64,000 nucleotides of DNA, taken from Candidatus Latescibacterota bacterium (GTDB lineage Bacteria > Latescibacterota > UBA2968 > GCA-2709665). The stretch is from assembly GCA_965226795.1 (NCBI GenBank), contig CBDDDZ010000004.1:96001-160000 (forward strand), written 5' to 3'. The notes under the pieces are model-generated. The model was not told the DNA's origin. It saw nothing but the letters and a program-made list of their open reading frames with translations, and made no database searches. A program made the position numbers and the translations under genes. Every line of letters starts with the position of its first letter. The stretch's first letter is position 1. Shown piece after piece: positions 46,073 to 55,839 of this stretch.

Positions 46073-47556
46073 ATACCGCTCCCATCGTATCCAAAGTCTG
46101 GAGCTTCTGCACCACCCTACGCGATGACGGGGTGAGCTATGGCGACTACCTGGAGCAGCTCACCTATCTGATCTTCCTCAAGATGGCCGACGAATATGCC
46201 AAGCCACCGTACAACCGCGATGTTGGCATCCCAGCCGAATTCAACTGGCAGAGCCTGAAGTCAAAAAGAGGTTCCGAGCTTGAAGGCCACTACGTCGCCC
46301 TGCTTCGCGAACTCGGGACCAAGACAGGCATTCTTGGTCAGATCTTTACCAAGGCCCAGAACAAGATCCAGGATCCAGCGAAGTTGTTCCGCCTCATCGA
46401 CATGGTGGACAACACCGAATGGGTGACCATGGATGCCGACGTAAAGGGTGATATTTACGAAGGGCTTCTTGAGAAGAACGCTGAGGATACCAAGTCGGGT
46501 GCAGGACAGTATTTCACACCTCGCGCACTCATCCGTACTATGGTCGAATGCATACGACCCGAACCGGGTACGCTCATCGCCGATCCGGCCTGCGGTACGG
46601 GCGGCTTCTTTCTCGCCGCCTACGACTTCATCACCAACCCGGACAACTTCAACCTGGACAAGGATCAGAAGGCATTCCTGAAGCACGAGGCGTTTCACGG
46701 AAACGAGATCGTCGCCAATACTCGTCGTTTGTGTCTGATGAACATGTTTCTCCACAACATCGGCGAGATCGACGGTGGGGTTCCCGTATCGCCCAACGAT
46801 TCGCTGGTGGCCGATGCAGGCAAGCGCTTTGATTGTGTGCTGGCGAATCCGCCCTTTGGCAAGAAGAGTTCCATGAGCTTTACGAACGAGGAAGGCGTAC
46901 AAGAAAGGGACGACCTGACATATAACCGCCAGGACTTCTGGGCGACCACATCCAACAAACAGCTCAATTTCGTGCAGCACATTCGAACAATGCTCAGGAC
47001 CACCGGCCGTGCAGCTGTCGTCGTGCCGGACAACGTGCTGTTTGAAGGGGGCGCCGGTGAGACGATTCGCAAGAAACTGCTGGACAACACCGACCTGCAT
47101 ACGATCCTCCGACTACCGACCGGTGTTTTCTATGCGCAAGGGGTCAAAGCAAACGTGATCTTCTTCGACAATCATGAAGCCAGTCCGTCGCCATGGACCA
47201 AGCAGGTGTGGTACTACGACTACCGAACGAATATTCACCACACACTGAAGAAGAAGCCGATGCGCTTCGAAGATTTATCGGAATTCATCGAGTGCTACAA
47301 TCCGAAAAACCGGCATCAGCGCAAGGCAACCTGGGACGATAAGCATGCACCGGAGGGCCCTTGGCGCAGCTACAGCTACGAGGAGATATGCGAGCGCGAC
47401 AAGACCAGCCTCGACATCTTCTGGCTCAAGGACAAGAGCCTGACTGACCTCGATAATCTGCCCGAACCCGACGAACTTGCCGAAGAGATCATTGAAAACC
47501 TCGAAGCTGGGCTCGACAGCTTTCGCCAGGTTCTTTCGGGATTGGGGACGCGGTGA
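46069..47556 (+). CDS. hsdM: Type I R-M N6-adenine methyltransferase subunit M
   Basis: GQYFTPR, DPACGTGGF, ANPPF. Confidence 0.95.
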   Translation: MNTAPIVSKVWSFCTTLRDDGVSYGDYLEQLTYLIFLKMADEYAKPPYNRDVGIPAEFNWQSLKSKRGSELEGHYVALLRELGTKTGILGQIFTKAQNKIQDPAKLFRLIDMVDNTEWVTMDADVKGDIYEGLLEKNAEDTKSGAGQYFTPRALIRTMVECIRPEPGTLIADPACGTGGFFLAAYDFITNPDNFNLDKDQKAFLKHEAFHGNEIVANTRRLCLMNMFLHNIGEIDGGVPVSPNDSLVADAGKRFDCVLANPPFGKKSSMSFTNEEGVQERDDLTYNRQDFWATTSNKQLNFVQHIRTMLRTTGRAAVVVPDNVLFEGGAGETIRKKLLDNTDLHTILRLPTGVFYAQGVKANVIFFDNHEASPSPWTKQVWYYDYRTNIHHTLKKKPMRFEDLSEFIECYNPKNRHQRKATWDDKHAPEGPWRSYSYEEICERDKTSLDIFWLKDKSLTDLDNLPEPDELAEEIIENLEAGLDSFRQVLSGLGTR

Positions 47557-47632
47557 CTGACCCTTCTGGTTGGATTTTTGTCCGCCGAAAAAGGTAAGAT
47601 GTTGCCTGGAACACGGCTGATTAGCTCTTTGT

Positions 47633-49015
47633 GTGGGAGTGATTGTGAATAGGGCTGCACATCTTGGAGTCACAGACATTGATGTGCTTGCGCTTGATGT
47701 GCGTGACAGAGAGTCGCGCCGACTGATAGGCGAAGCGATAACTGCCTACCGAGGCGGCGCACTGCGATCTGCCATCGTGTCGACATGGATTGCGGTGGCA
47801 TATGACGTCATTGCCAAGGCTCGTGAGTTAGCTAGCCAAGGTGAAGCAGCTCCCCAAGCGTTCGTGAAGGAGTTGGACGTCGCGATTGACACGGATGACA
47901 AGCGAAAGCTGCAGAGGTTTGAAGCCGAGTTGATTAAAAAGGTAGATAGCGACCTTCAGTTACTTGCGCGGCACGAATTAGATGCCCTTGTGCGCCTACA
48001 GCGAGATCGACATTTATGCGCCCATCCCGCTTTTGTCGTCCAAGATGAGCTTTACGAACCGTCACCGGAATTGGTGCGCGCACATATCGTCCATGCCCTC
48101 CAATACCTTCTGGTGCATGCACCGCTTCAGGGCAAGAGTGCAATTGCGCGATTCGGCGCTGATTTACTTAGCCCCTCGTTCCCAGCGTCACCCAAGGAAA
48201 TCAGCGCTTTCCTCCGCACGAGATACCTCGACCGGGCGAAAGATGTACTGGTGATTAATCTTCTCAAGGCGATAGTCAGCGGACCGTTTGGCTCTGAAAA
48301 AGCTAGGTATGCCAGTAAGATCCAGACGCTGGCACTATCGTTACGGGAGATTGCAAACGCAAAAACGCAGATTTATGACTCAGTGATGCCTGAATATGTG
48401 GCTCAGAAATTCGAAAGCGTTGCGGACGACACCCTTCTACGCATTTGTCCATTCCTGACGAACGACCCGCGCATCTGGGATTGGCTGAAGGAGTCAGACC
48501 GCACGCGTATCAAGCGCCTTCTTGAGACCGTTGACGTCGAAACACTAAGAGCCTGCGCTTCGTTCGACGCAATTGCTATCCGTCCGGTGTCCGAAGTCCT
48601 TTTTGACCGGTTTGATACCTTCGATAGAGCCGAACAGATCAGCATTATCGCTGAGCACCCGAGCAAGGAGTTGGTCGGTAGGGGAATTGAATTATACACT
48701 AAGGCCGCAAGTTACCGCCATGCCGAGCAACTTGGTCAGTCAGTTATCTTGTCCCTCGCTACGTGCTTCGATAGCGCAGATGTTAAAGCGGTGCTGAAGG
48801 CCGCGGGTGAGAAAGGAGAGATTTGGAACGCGCACGGCACATCGGACATTCTTGAAAGACTGTTCGATGAGACGATTTCTCTTCTAAGCGAAAGCAGACC
48901 TCACTGGGAAGAATTCGTTCGCAAACAGGTAGAGCGAATGGATGGCGATGCGTCGGAATACTATAGTTATCCTGGACTGCAAAAGCGACTGGACCGGAAT
49001 GTGGAGACGACCTGA
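47633..49015 (+). CDS. Hypothetical protein with N-terminal HEPN-like domain
   Basis: EAITAYRGGALRSAIVSTW...LQRDRHLCAHP (Rx4H); helical C-terminus. Confidence 0.6.
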   Translation: MGVIVNRAAHLGVTDIDVLALDVRDRESRRLIGEAITAYRGGALRSAIVSTWIAVAYDVIAKARELASQGEAAPQAFVKELDVAIDTDDKRKLQRFEAELIKKVDSDLQLLARHELDALVRLQRDRHLCAHPAFVVQDELYEPSPELVRAHIVHALQYLLVHAPLQGKSAIARFGADLLSPSFPASPKEISAFLRTRYLDRAKDVLVINLLKAIVSGPFGSEKARYASKIQTLALSLREIANAKTQIYDSVMPEYVAQKFESVADDTLLRICPFLTNDPRIWDWLKESDRTRIKRLLETVDVETLRACASFDAIAIRPVSEVLFDRFDTFDRAEQISIIAEHPSKELVGRGIELYTKAASYRHAEQLGQSVILSLATCFDSADVKAVLKAAGEKGEIWNAHGTSDILERLFDETISLLSESRPHWEEFVRKQVERMDGDASEYYSYPGLQKRLDRNVETT

Positions 49016-49578
49016 GGGACGGATAATCAAACGTAAGACATCAGAGTACTCGCGCCCTATGAAGGCGGACACCAGCACTGAAATTTTCGGGTTGCGGTCT
49101 TTTGCGGAATCAATAGCAGCGCGGCGATCAAGTTAGCGCCAACACGTCCTGCAATCGGATTCGTTGACTGGTCGGTCCCTGGCTGCATTGAATCCTTTAA
49201 CCACTGAGTCAATTTCCCGCCATTTATCGGTGCGGGTATCCGTGGTGCCCTCCAAGGTAGGTTGAACAGTACCTGCTCCAGGTGGCGTCCCGAATCAGCT
49301 CTCGGACCGATCCCAATGATCACCCTTTGAAATTGGCGATACATCTTAACTTCAGTCGTCCAGTTGACTTTTCGCGCTGAGACATTCAGTTTTCTTGAAT
49401 TGCAGTTGAATTGTGAACGGTATAGAATTGTGGACCACTCCGCGTTGTATAATCACATCGTTACAGAATGAACACAAAGGATTGTTTTAACAAATGTTAG
49501 GAGAACAGGATGATTGAGATTCTTGATGAACTCAAGAAAGCTCCTACACAGAAAGGTCCAACTTACGGAGAAATATGA

Positions 49579-49615
49579 AAGGCTCCGGGTCGCCTGATTC
49601 GGGGCTTTTTGTTTT
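49579..49615 (+). terminator. Intrinsic terminator
   Basis: AAGGCTCCGGGTC-GCCT-GATTCGGGGCTTT stem (with G.U pairs) followed by T-rich tail. Confidence 0.6.
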
Positions 49616-49725
49616 GTGGTGAAAACTCTCAACGGGTCGTTCCGTTACGATTCATCAACTCTTCGATACACATTTGTAACGCGCGGATTTTGGCGTGCAC
49701 TGTTTTAGTGTGGGGCAGGCGAACA

Positions 49726-51033
49726 ATGATTGACATTATCTCCATACCCGCAGAGCAAATTAGCGAAAATGATATTTATGCGCTCATCGACATGGAAGTC
49801 CCGGAGGGCGAGCAAGTCGAATATAAGGAAAGCCTGCGTAAGCGGAGCAATTCACCAGATCCCTGGATTCTTGGGGAGAATAAGATTGGTGAAGGAGCAA
49901 GAAACGAGATACTTGAGGAGGCCGTCGCGTTTGCAAACGCTCACGCCGGTGCTTTGCTGATTGGTATCAGAGAGTCCAAATCCAAGCCGCCGGTCGCGGC
50001 TGAAATAACGCCGGTCCCGCGGTGTGTTGAGTTAGCCGACCGCTTCAGGCTAAACTTTCGTGACTGCGTGGAACCACAAATCCCAAGTCTGGAAGTGTTT
50101 GGCGTTCCAACCGACGGCGAAAGCGGTGTCGTTATTGTTCGAGTTGGGCGATCACGCTTGGCGCCACATCGCGTTGAGCCCACTCGGAAATGTACCGTCC
50201 GGCGAGCAGATCGATGCGAAGGAATGACGATGCGGGAGATTCAAGATATGACACTGAATGTATCAAGGGGAATGGAACGCTTTGATAAACGACTTGAGGA
50301 ACGATCAGAGCGCTTTCGGCGAGAGCTTGGCAGACTCGAAACCCCTGATGATTCGTACGGATTGCGGTTTACCGCACTGCCCGTTGGGGAGGAAGTTCAA
50401 TTCGATCGCGTTTTTCACCAACAAGGGATAATTGATGATTTATATACGCCATGGCGCACTGTGATCTGGAAAAAAGGTAACGATAGCCGACGACTTGACG
50501 GCCTGCCTGAATTTCCACCAATGTACTGGCGGCCAATCCTCCGCGGAGCGCGAGCGGATATTCATCCGTCTGCTAATTCGAATCTGTACACTGGTTATCA
50601 GGAACTTCATTGCGACGGATTGGTAGAGTTGGGCTTTGCGGCATGTAATCAAGTATCACCTCTTGATCCGGATTTGCCTCTTGTCTTGTTTGCCAACACG
50701 GTTGTTTGGGCAAATTATATCAGACGTCAGTCATCGGTGCCTTTGGCGGAATACGGGCTTGAAGTAGAAATACACGTTACGGGGAATTCTGTTCGCGTAG
50801 GGAAATACAATGACCCTATTTTCAAGGCTATGACTGCAAGTGCGGCAGCTCAGGGAGATGATAGAGAAGTAGATAACTATTTTCCCAAAATATCAAATGT
50901 AAAGTTTCCCAAATATTCCCTGGATAGCGAAGAAACACCCGCCAAACTTCTGTCGATATTCAATCAAGATTTCTCGAACTGGTTGGGAAAGTATATCCCG
51001 AGCGAAGGGGAAGAATTCGAAATTAGCGAATGA
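49726..51033 (+). CDS. Schlafen/AlbA_2 domain protein with uncharacterised C-terminal domain
   Basis: VPEGEQVEYKE, AVAFANAHAGALLIGI, LAPH, MTMREI. Confidence 0.8.
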   Translation: MIDIISIPAEQISENDIYALIDMEVPEGEQVEYKESLRKRSNSPDPWILGENKIGEGARNEILEEAVAFANAHAGALLIGIRESKSKPPVAAEITPVPRCVELADRFRLNFRDCVEPQIPSLEVFGVPTDGESGVVIVRVGRSRLAPHRVEPTRKCTVRRADRCEGMTMREIQDMTLNVSRGMERFDKRLEERSERFRRELGRLETPDDSYGLRFTALPVGEEVQFDRVFHQQGIIDDLYTPWRTVIWKKGNDSRRLDGLPEFPPMYWRPILRGARADIHPSANSNLYTGYQELHCDGLVELGFAACNQVSPLDPDLPLVLFANTVVWANYIRRQSSVPLAEYGLEVEIHVTGNSVRVGKYNDPIFKAMTASAAAQGDDREVDNYFPKISNVKFPKYSLDSEETPAKLLSIFNQDFSNWLGKYIPSEGEEFEISE

Positions 51034-51205
51034 CGATTTTCAATCAACCCAATCGCCCCGCTTGAGTCGGTCTCGACCAAAAGGTCCGGAGTAGGACAAA
51101 GCAACTCGGTGGCGTCGACGCCCAAACAGTTTTCAGACACGCGTCAGCTTACTGTTACGCATTTGGCACACGTAGAGTCACTGATTTAGATAAGGAAGCA
51201 AGATA

Positions 51206-54200
51206 GTGATTTCGGGCGGCATCGCAAACAAGCTGGGAAACGAATACGAACGCAAGTGGGCGGTTCTTAAGCTCCTCGACGTGATTGCGGGCGAAGCGAA
51301 CGCGATCAGGTACGAGGGCGTACCGGAAGAGTTCCTCGGGTTCGAGTTCGCCCTCCATCTATCGGACTCCGTGGAGTGGCATCAGACCAAGATCAACGCC
51401 CAGGACGCCAACTGGACGCTGAACGCGCTTAAGAGAAATGGCGTCACAGACGCTTTCAAGAGGCGTCTATCGGCCGATGCCGCCGCCAAGTGTGTGTTCG
51501 TTTCTCAAGACCCGGCCAGACAAATGCGAGAACTCTGCAATAAGGCGAGGCTGGGGAACGATGTACACGAGTTTCGGGGAGCGACCTCAAAAAAGGATGG
51601 AGAGACGTTCGATAAACTGGTGGAGATGTGGGATATCGACAAAAGGAATGCGTTCGAATGGCTGCGTCGTTGCGAGTTCCGCACTGAGTCCGAGCGATCA
51701 ATCGAGGAATTTATCGATATGTTCGGCCGGCATCTACTGCGGGGCGAGGCGGATCTCATCCCATCACTATCGAAATATCTGGTGGATAATCTGAATGCTC
51801 CGATCACAACGGAAATCGCACGGGAATGGATCCGAAAATGTAGCCCTTTCACGTTTCGTCCCGGCTCACTTGATCCAACGCTTGGCGAGAATGTCGACGC
51901 GGCCAACCAGAGATATTTGCATAGCTACACGCCTTTCGGCGTGGCGGGCCAGCATATTCCGAGAGCCGAAGCCAGCCATGTTGTTGCCAAATTGCAGACA
52001 GCGGACGGACCATCCCTGATCCTCCTGACGGGGGAGGCGGGCTGCGGCAAGTCAGGTGTTGTACGGGAAGTCATGGATCGCTTAACGACCAACTCAGTGC
52101 CGTACCTTGCGTTCCGCATCGATAAGTACCTTAACTGCCGTTCAAGAACGGAACTGGGTTCGGTCGTTCTGGATCGTGAAGAAAGCCCTGTGAGCGTCCT
52201 GGAACATCTGGCCGGGGGAAGGCCTTCCGTTCTAATCGTGGACCAGATTGACGCGGTGAGCGAGGTTTCGGGCCGTACTGGCGCGATCAAGGATGGCCTG
52301 CGTGAACTGGTTCAAGAAACCCAATATTTCGGGGACGTCCGGTGCATTCTGGTGTGTCGCAGCTTCGATTTGGAACACGATCCGCAATATCGCGAGTTAG
52401 AAAGGGAACACCGGGCTAAGCGGGTGACAGTTAAGCCCCTGTCGTGGGACGATGATGTTGTGCCGGTACTTACGCGTAACGGAATTGGAGCCGAACGCTT
52501 CACAGAAAGCGAGAAACGATTGTTATGTTTACCCCTTAATCTGGCTGTATTTCTTGAAATCGGCGATCCGAATTTTGGCTTCAGCACAGGCACTGCACTG
52601 ATGGAAGGACTGCTCAAAAAGAAAACACGCGATCTACACAGGGACCGCAATGTCGGATGGAACGTCCAGGCTCCGCTGTGTGCGATGGCTAAGTGGATGA
52701 GCGAAAAGCAGGAGTTGAGTTGCCCCGACGCTGTCCTCAATGAATTCGACGGCGCAAAAGACTTGCTGTCCTCGGAAGGGTTAATCGTCACCGAGCAACA
52801 TCGGCTGGCGTTTTTTCATGAGAGCTTTTTCGATTTTATCTTTGCGAGATTGTTCGCAATATCAGGGGACGATATTGTTGCGTTCCTTACCTCGACGGAG
52901 CAGCATCTCTTCCGGCGCACGCAGGTACGCCAGATCCTGACCGCGATGCGGGAAACCAACAAATCACGCTATCTGAGCGCTCTTGCAGACGTTTTGACCA
53001 ATTGCAAAATACGGTTTCACGTCAAACACGCCGTGGCGCAATGGCTTGCTACCGTCCACGATGCGACTCATGGCGAGTTGAAAATCATCCAGTCGCTGGA
53101 CGACGGCGCTGAAGAGTTTCCCATCCTCCTGCGCAGGGCGCTTTTCACGGAAGAGGCGTGGTTTGATCTTCTGAACGAAGGTGGCCATCTAACCCACATG
53201 TTGGAGGATGCGTCGTACCCCAGACGACATTGTATGCTTGGGTGGCTGTCTGTTATCTCCCGAAAGCGTCCGGGCCCGGTCGCGACGGTCTTTAGGCATT
53301 GGTGGCGCAATGATCCTTCGCGGACTGATGAACTCACCGTAAGGTTCCGCCTATGGCGCCGGATTCCGAACAACCCGGAACTCACTGCTCTGCTTCGCGA
53401 TGTGATCTGTTCTCGATCCGATAGTGGTTCCGAGCAATACGATCTGATGGGCCGCATGAGCCTTTTGCTTCCCATTTGGGACACCGAGCCTGAGATAGCA
53501 ATGGGAGTCGTTAAGGAACTCTTCGCCCAATGGTTCGAGGATAACCCTGGCAGCCATCCGTTCAAATACCTATCAAGACCGGTAGGCAACATTAGTGAAA
53601 TGTCGAAAGTCGTCAAAATTACCCCAGCGGTCTTTCTGGATGCGATGATTCCGATGCTCGTAAAGTCCGCTGAGATTGATTCGAACGATGATTCATACAG
53701 CAGCCGTATCCGTATTCGCCACAATCCCGACGCCGACGGTGGACCCGACGCTTTATTGTCGTTTTTCCGCGAAGCCTTTTGCACGCTTGCCGCAAGGTCG
53801 GCAACCGAAGCGGAAGCCCGTCTCGACCGCATCGACCCGACACTCCATCGCGCCGTTACTCACCTGCATCTTGAAACCATTGGCGCGAATCCTGGTGCGT
53901 TGGGACATCGCCTTGAATCGTTACTCGACGGACCGTTTCTCTTCAAGGCAGGCTATGAGCATGCCAAATGGAAGTCATTCGCCACAACAGCCCGATCCGT
54001 CGTTAAGGCGAACGGAGTCGCCGTGCGAACCGTCGAGGAACGCATTCTGAATCATTGCCCCGAATTGGAGGAAGCAACGCAGATTATGGGTATGATCCGG
54101 GCGAACGGAGAGGACGAATTCTTTTTCGTAACAAAGTGCTACGCTTCGAAGTTGCTTAGGCGCTCCGGGCAGGTACAATGGAACGTTTTAAAGACTATAG

Positions 54201-55774
54201 GGAGTGATTTACTTTCCTCTTGCGGCAAGAAGAAACTCGCGGAATTGCAGCGGAAGTTTTCTTCAGAAAGGGTTCCGAAAGCAGATAAAAGAAGCCGTGA
54301 CGGTATCAAGTCGCCGATCCCACGGTCAGCGGCGAAAAAGATGTCAGACGACCAATGGCTTGCTGCAATCAAGAAATACCACCAACGAAATGCTTATGTG
54401 GAGCCAGAAAACGAAACTGTCGTCGGCGGGACTCGTGAACTGGCACGAGAATTGGAAGGCGCTACCAGGTCAAATCCAGGCCGGTTCGCGCGCTTCTTTC
54501 TGCGGTTGCCGGAGGATGCCAGTTCGATATATGGGCAGTGTTTGCTTCAAGGATTGGCGGGTGCGGAGCAGATAGATGAGGACGCCGCAATTGCGGCCCT
54601 GCGTGATGCTCACGCCCGTCCGCGCCGACCATTCGAAATGCAGTTTATTGAGCTTGTAAAGCACCATCCGGCGTGTGGTCGGGACGACGAGGTCTTCAAG
54701 GCACTGCTCTGGTATGCTTCCCACGGAGAAGTTCAAGAAACTTTGGCAACTGACGAGATTGAACATCCTGGAATATGCCCGGCTATTGATGATCTACTCG
54801 AAGCGAATCGAAATCTCTACCTTAAGGGTATCAACTCATCTCGCGGTGTGGCGTGGCAAGCACTAGGCCATGTTGTCGCTCACCAATCCGATCGCGCGAC
54901 CGATTTATGGACTCTCGTCGAATGCCAATCAGCCGCGGAGATCTCGACCTCGATGCGGGCGATGATGCTGTATGCTCTTATTCCACTATACCGCCTTGAC
55001 AGGGATCGGTTCTGCGTATGCCTTAAACGTCTTACAGAACCCATTGCCGGCTTACGTGACGAAATTTCTGCGCTCAAACCACTTGTAACAGACGCAGGGT
55101 TCGATCTTTTTTATTTCATAGAGCGTGATTTCCCGGATCTCGCTGTCGAGTTGATGGAAAGGATGATTGACTCATCGGATTGTACATTGCACCTGGTCGG
55201 GGTATGGTGGGCACTTGCAGAACGCCTGAGGCAGGGTAACACCGCGGACCGATTTGAGGGTATTGAACGGGAGTCGCCCGCCCACTCAAACTTGTGGGCC
55301 TCGATCCTCTGCGATTCGGCCGCGGATACGGAATACCGAGCCATAGCGATATCGGAACTTGCATGGCTTTTCGCACATGATGTTCCTGAGATCCGGAACG
55401 CCGCTGCGGGGGTATTCAGGTGGATACCAGAAAGTGAGCTTCCTGCTTTCTCTGACTTGGCAAAAGCGTTCATTCGATCGGCAACATTCACGGACGGCGA
55501 GGATAACGCCGATGAAGTCATCAGATACCTTGAAAAGGCGTCGCACGACGTAACTGAGCTTGTCTTGGAAGCGAGTGAAGTCGTCTTGCGGGATCGGGGA
55601 GACGGAGGTTCTGATTCCTATCACGGCATTGAGAACCTTCTAAGGCGGGAATACCGGAACTCCGAAAACCGACCAGAGCTTCGCAAGAGGACTCTCGACG
55701 TGATTGACGAAATGGCGGCGAGAAATTTCATTGGCATAGATAATCTGATGCGACTGGATGATCGACAATCATGA
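51206..55774 (+). CDS. Avs/AVAST-like STAND NTPase with N-terminal PD-(D/E)xK-type nuclease and long helical C-terminus
   Basis: GNEYERKW...FEF...WHQTK; Walker A GEAGCGKS; Walker B LIVDQID; CRSFD; LPLNL; FFHESFFD. Confidence 0.75.
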   Translation: MISGGIANKLGNEYERKWAVLKLLDVIAGEANAIRYEGVPEEFLGFEFALHLSDSVEWHQTKINAQDANWTLNALKRNGVTDAFKRRLSADAAAKCVFVSQDPARQMRELCNKARLGNDVHEFRGATSKKDGETFDKLVEMWDIDKRNAFEWLRRCEFRTESERSIEEFIDMFGRHLLRGEADLIPSLSKYLVDNLNAPITTEIAREWIRKCSPFTFRPGSLDPTLGENVDAANQRYLHSYTPFGVAGQHIPRAEASHVVAKLQTADGPSLILLTGEAGCGKSGVVREVMDRLTTNSVPYLAFRIDKYLNCRSRTELGSVVLDREESPVSVLEHLAGGRPSVLIVDQIDAVSEVSGRTGAIKDGLRELVQETQYFGDVRCILVCRSFDLEHDPQYRELEREHRAKRVTVKPLSWDDDVVPVLTRNGIGAERFTESEKRLLCLPLNLAVFLEIGDPNFGFSTGTALMEGLLKKKTRDLHRDRNVGWNVQAPLCAMAKWMSEKQELSCPDAVLNEFDGAKDLLSSEGLIVTEQHRLAFFHESFFDFIFARLFAISGDDIVAFLTSTEQHLFRRTQVRQILTAMRETNKSRYLSALADVLTNCKIRFHVKHAVAQWLATVHDATHGELKIIQSLDDGAEEFPILLRRALFTEEAWFDLLNEGGHLTHMLEDASYPRRHCMLGWLSVISRKRPGPVATVFRHWWRNDPSRTDELTVRFRLWRRIPNNPELTALLRDVICSRSDSGSEQYDLMGRMSLLLPIWDTEPEIAMGVVKELFAQWFEDNPGSHPFKYLSRPVGNISEMSKVVKITPAVFLDAMIPMLVKSAEIDSNDDSYSSRIRIRHNPDADGGPDALLSFFREAFCTLAARSATEAEARLDRIDPTLHRAVTHLHLETIGANPGALGHRLESLLDGPFLFKAGYEHAKWKSFATTARSVVKANGVAVRTVEERILNHCPELEEATQIMGMIRANGEDEFFFVTKCYASKLLRRSGQVQWNVLKTIGSDLLSSCGKKKLAELQRKFSSERVPKADKRSRDGIKSPIPRSAAKKMSDDQWLAAIKKYHQRNAYVEPENETVVGGTRELARELEGATRSNPGRFARFFLRLPEDASSIYGQCLLQGLAGAEQIDEDAAIAALRDAHARPRRPFEMQFIELVKHHPACGRDDEVFKALLWYASHGEVQETLATDEIEHPGICPAIDDLLEANRNLYLKGINSSRGVAWQALGHVVAHQSDRATDLWTLVECQSAAEISTSMRAMMLYALIPLYRLDRDRFCVCLKRLTEPIAGLRDEISALKPLVTDAGFDLFYFIERDFPDLAVELMERMIDSSDCTLHLVGVWWALAERLRQGNTADRFEGIERESPAHSNLWASILCDSAADTEYRAIAISELAWLFAHDVPEIRNAAAGVFRWIPESELPAFSDLAKAFIRSATFTDGEDNADEVIRYLEKASHDVTELVLEASEVVLRDRGDGGSDSYHGIENLLRREYRNSENRPELRKRTLDVIDEMAARNFIGIDNLMRLDDRQS

Positions 55775-55839
55775 ACAAAAAATAGGACGCCGTTTGGAAA
55801 ATACCGAGCCCACACAGCCGACGGGCTTTTGTACCGAGA

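Noticed and set aside
49057..49344. 95-aa minus-strand ORF
   Set aside because: No motifs, opposite to island orientation; unsupported
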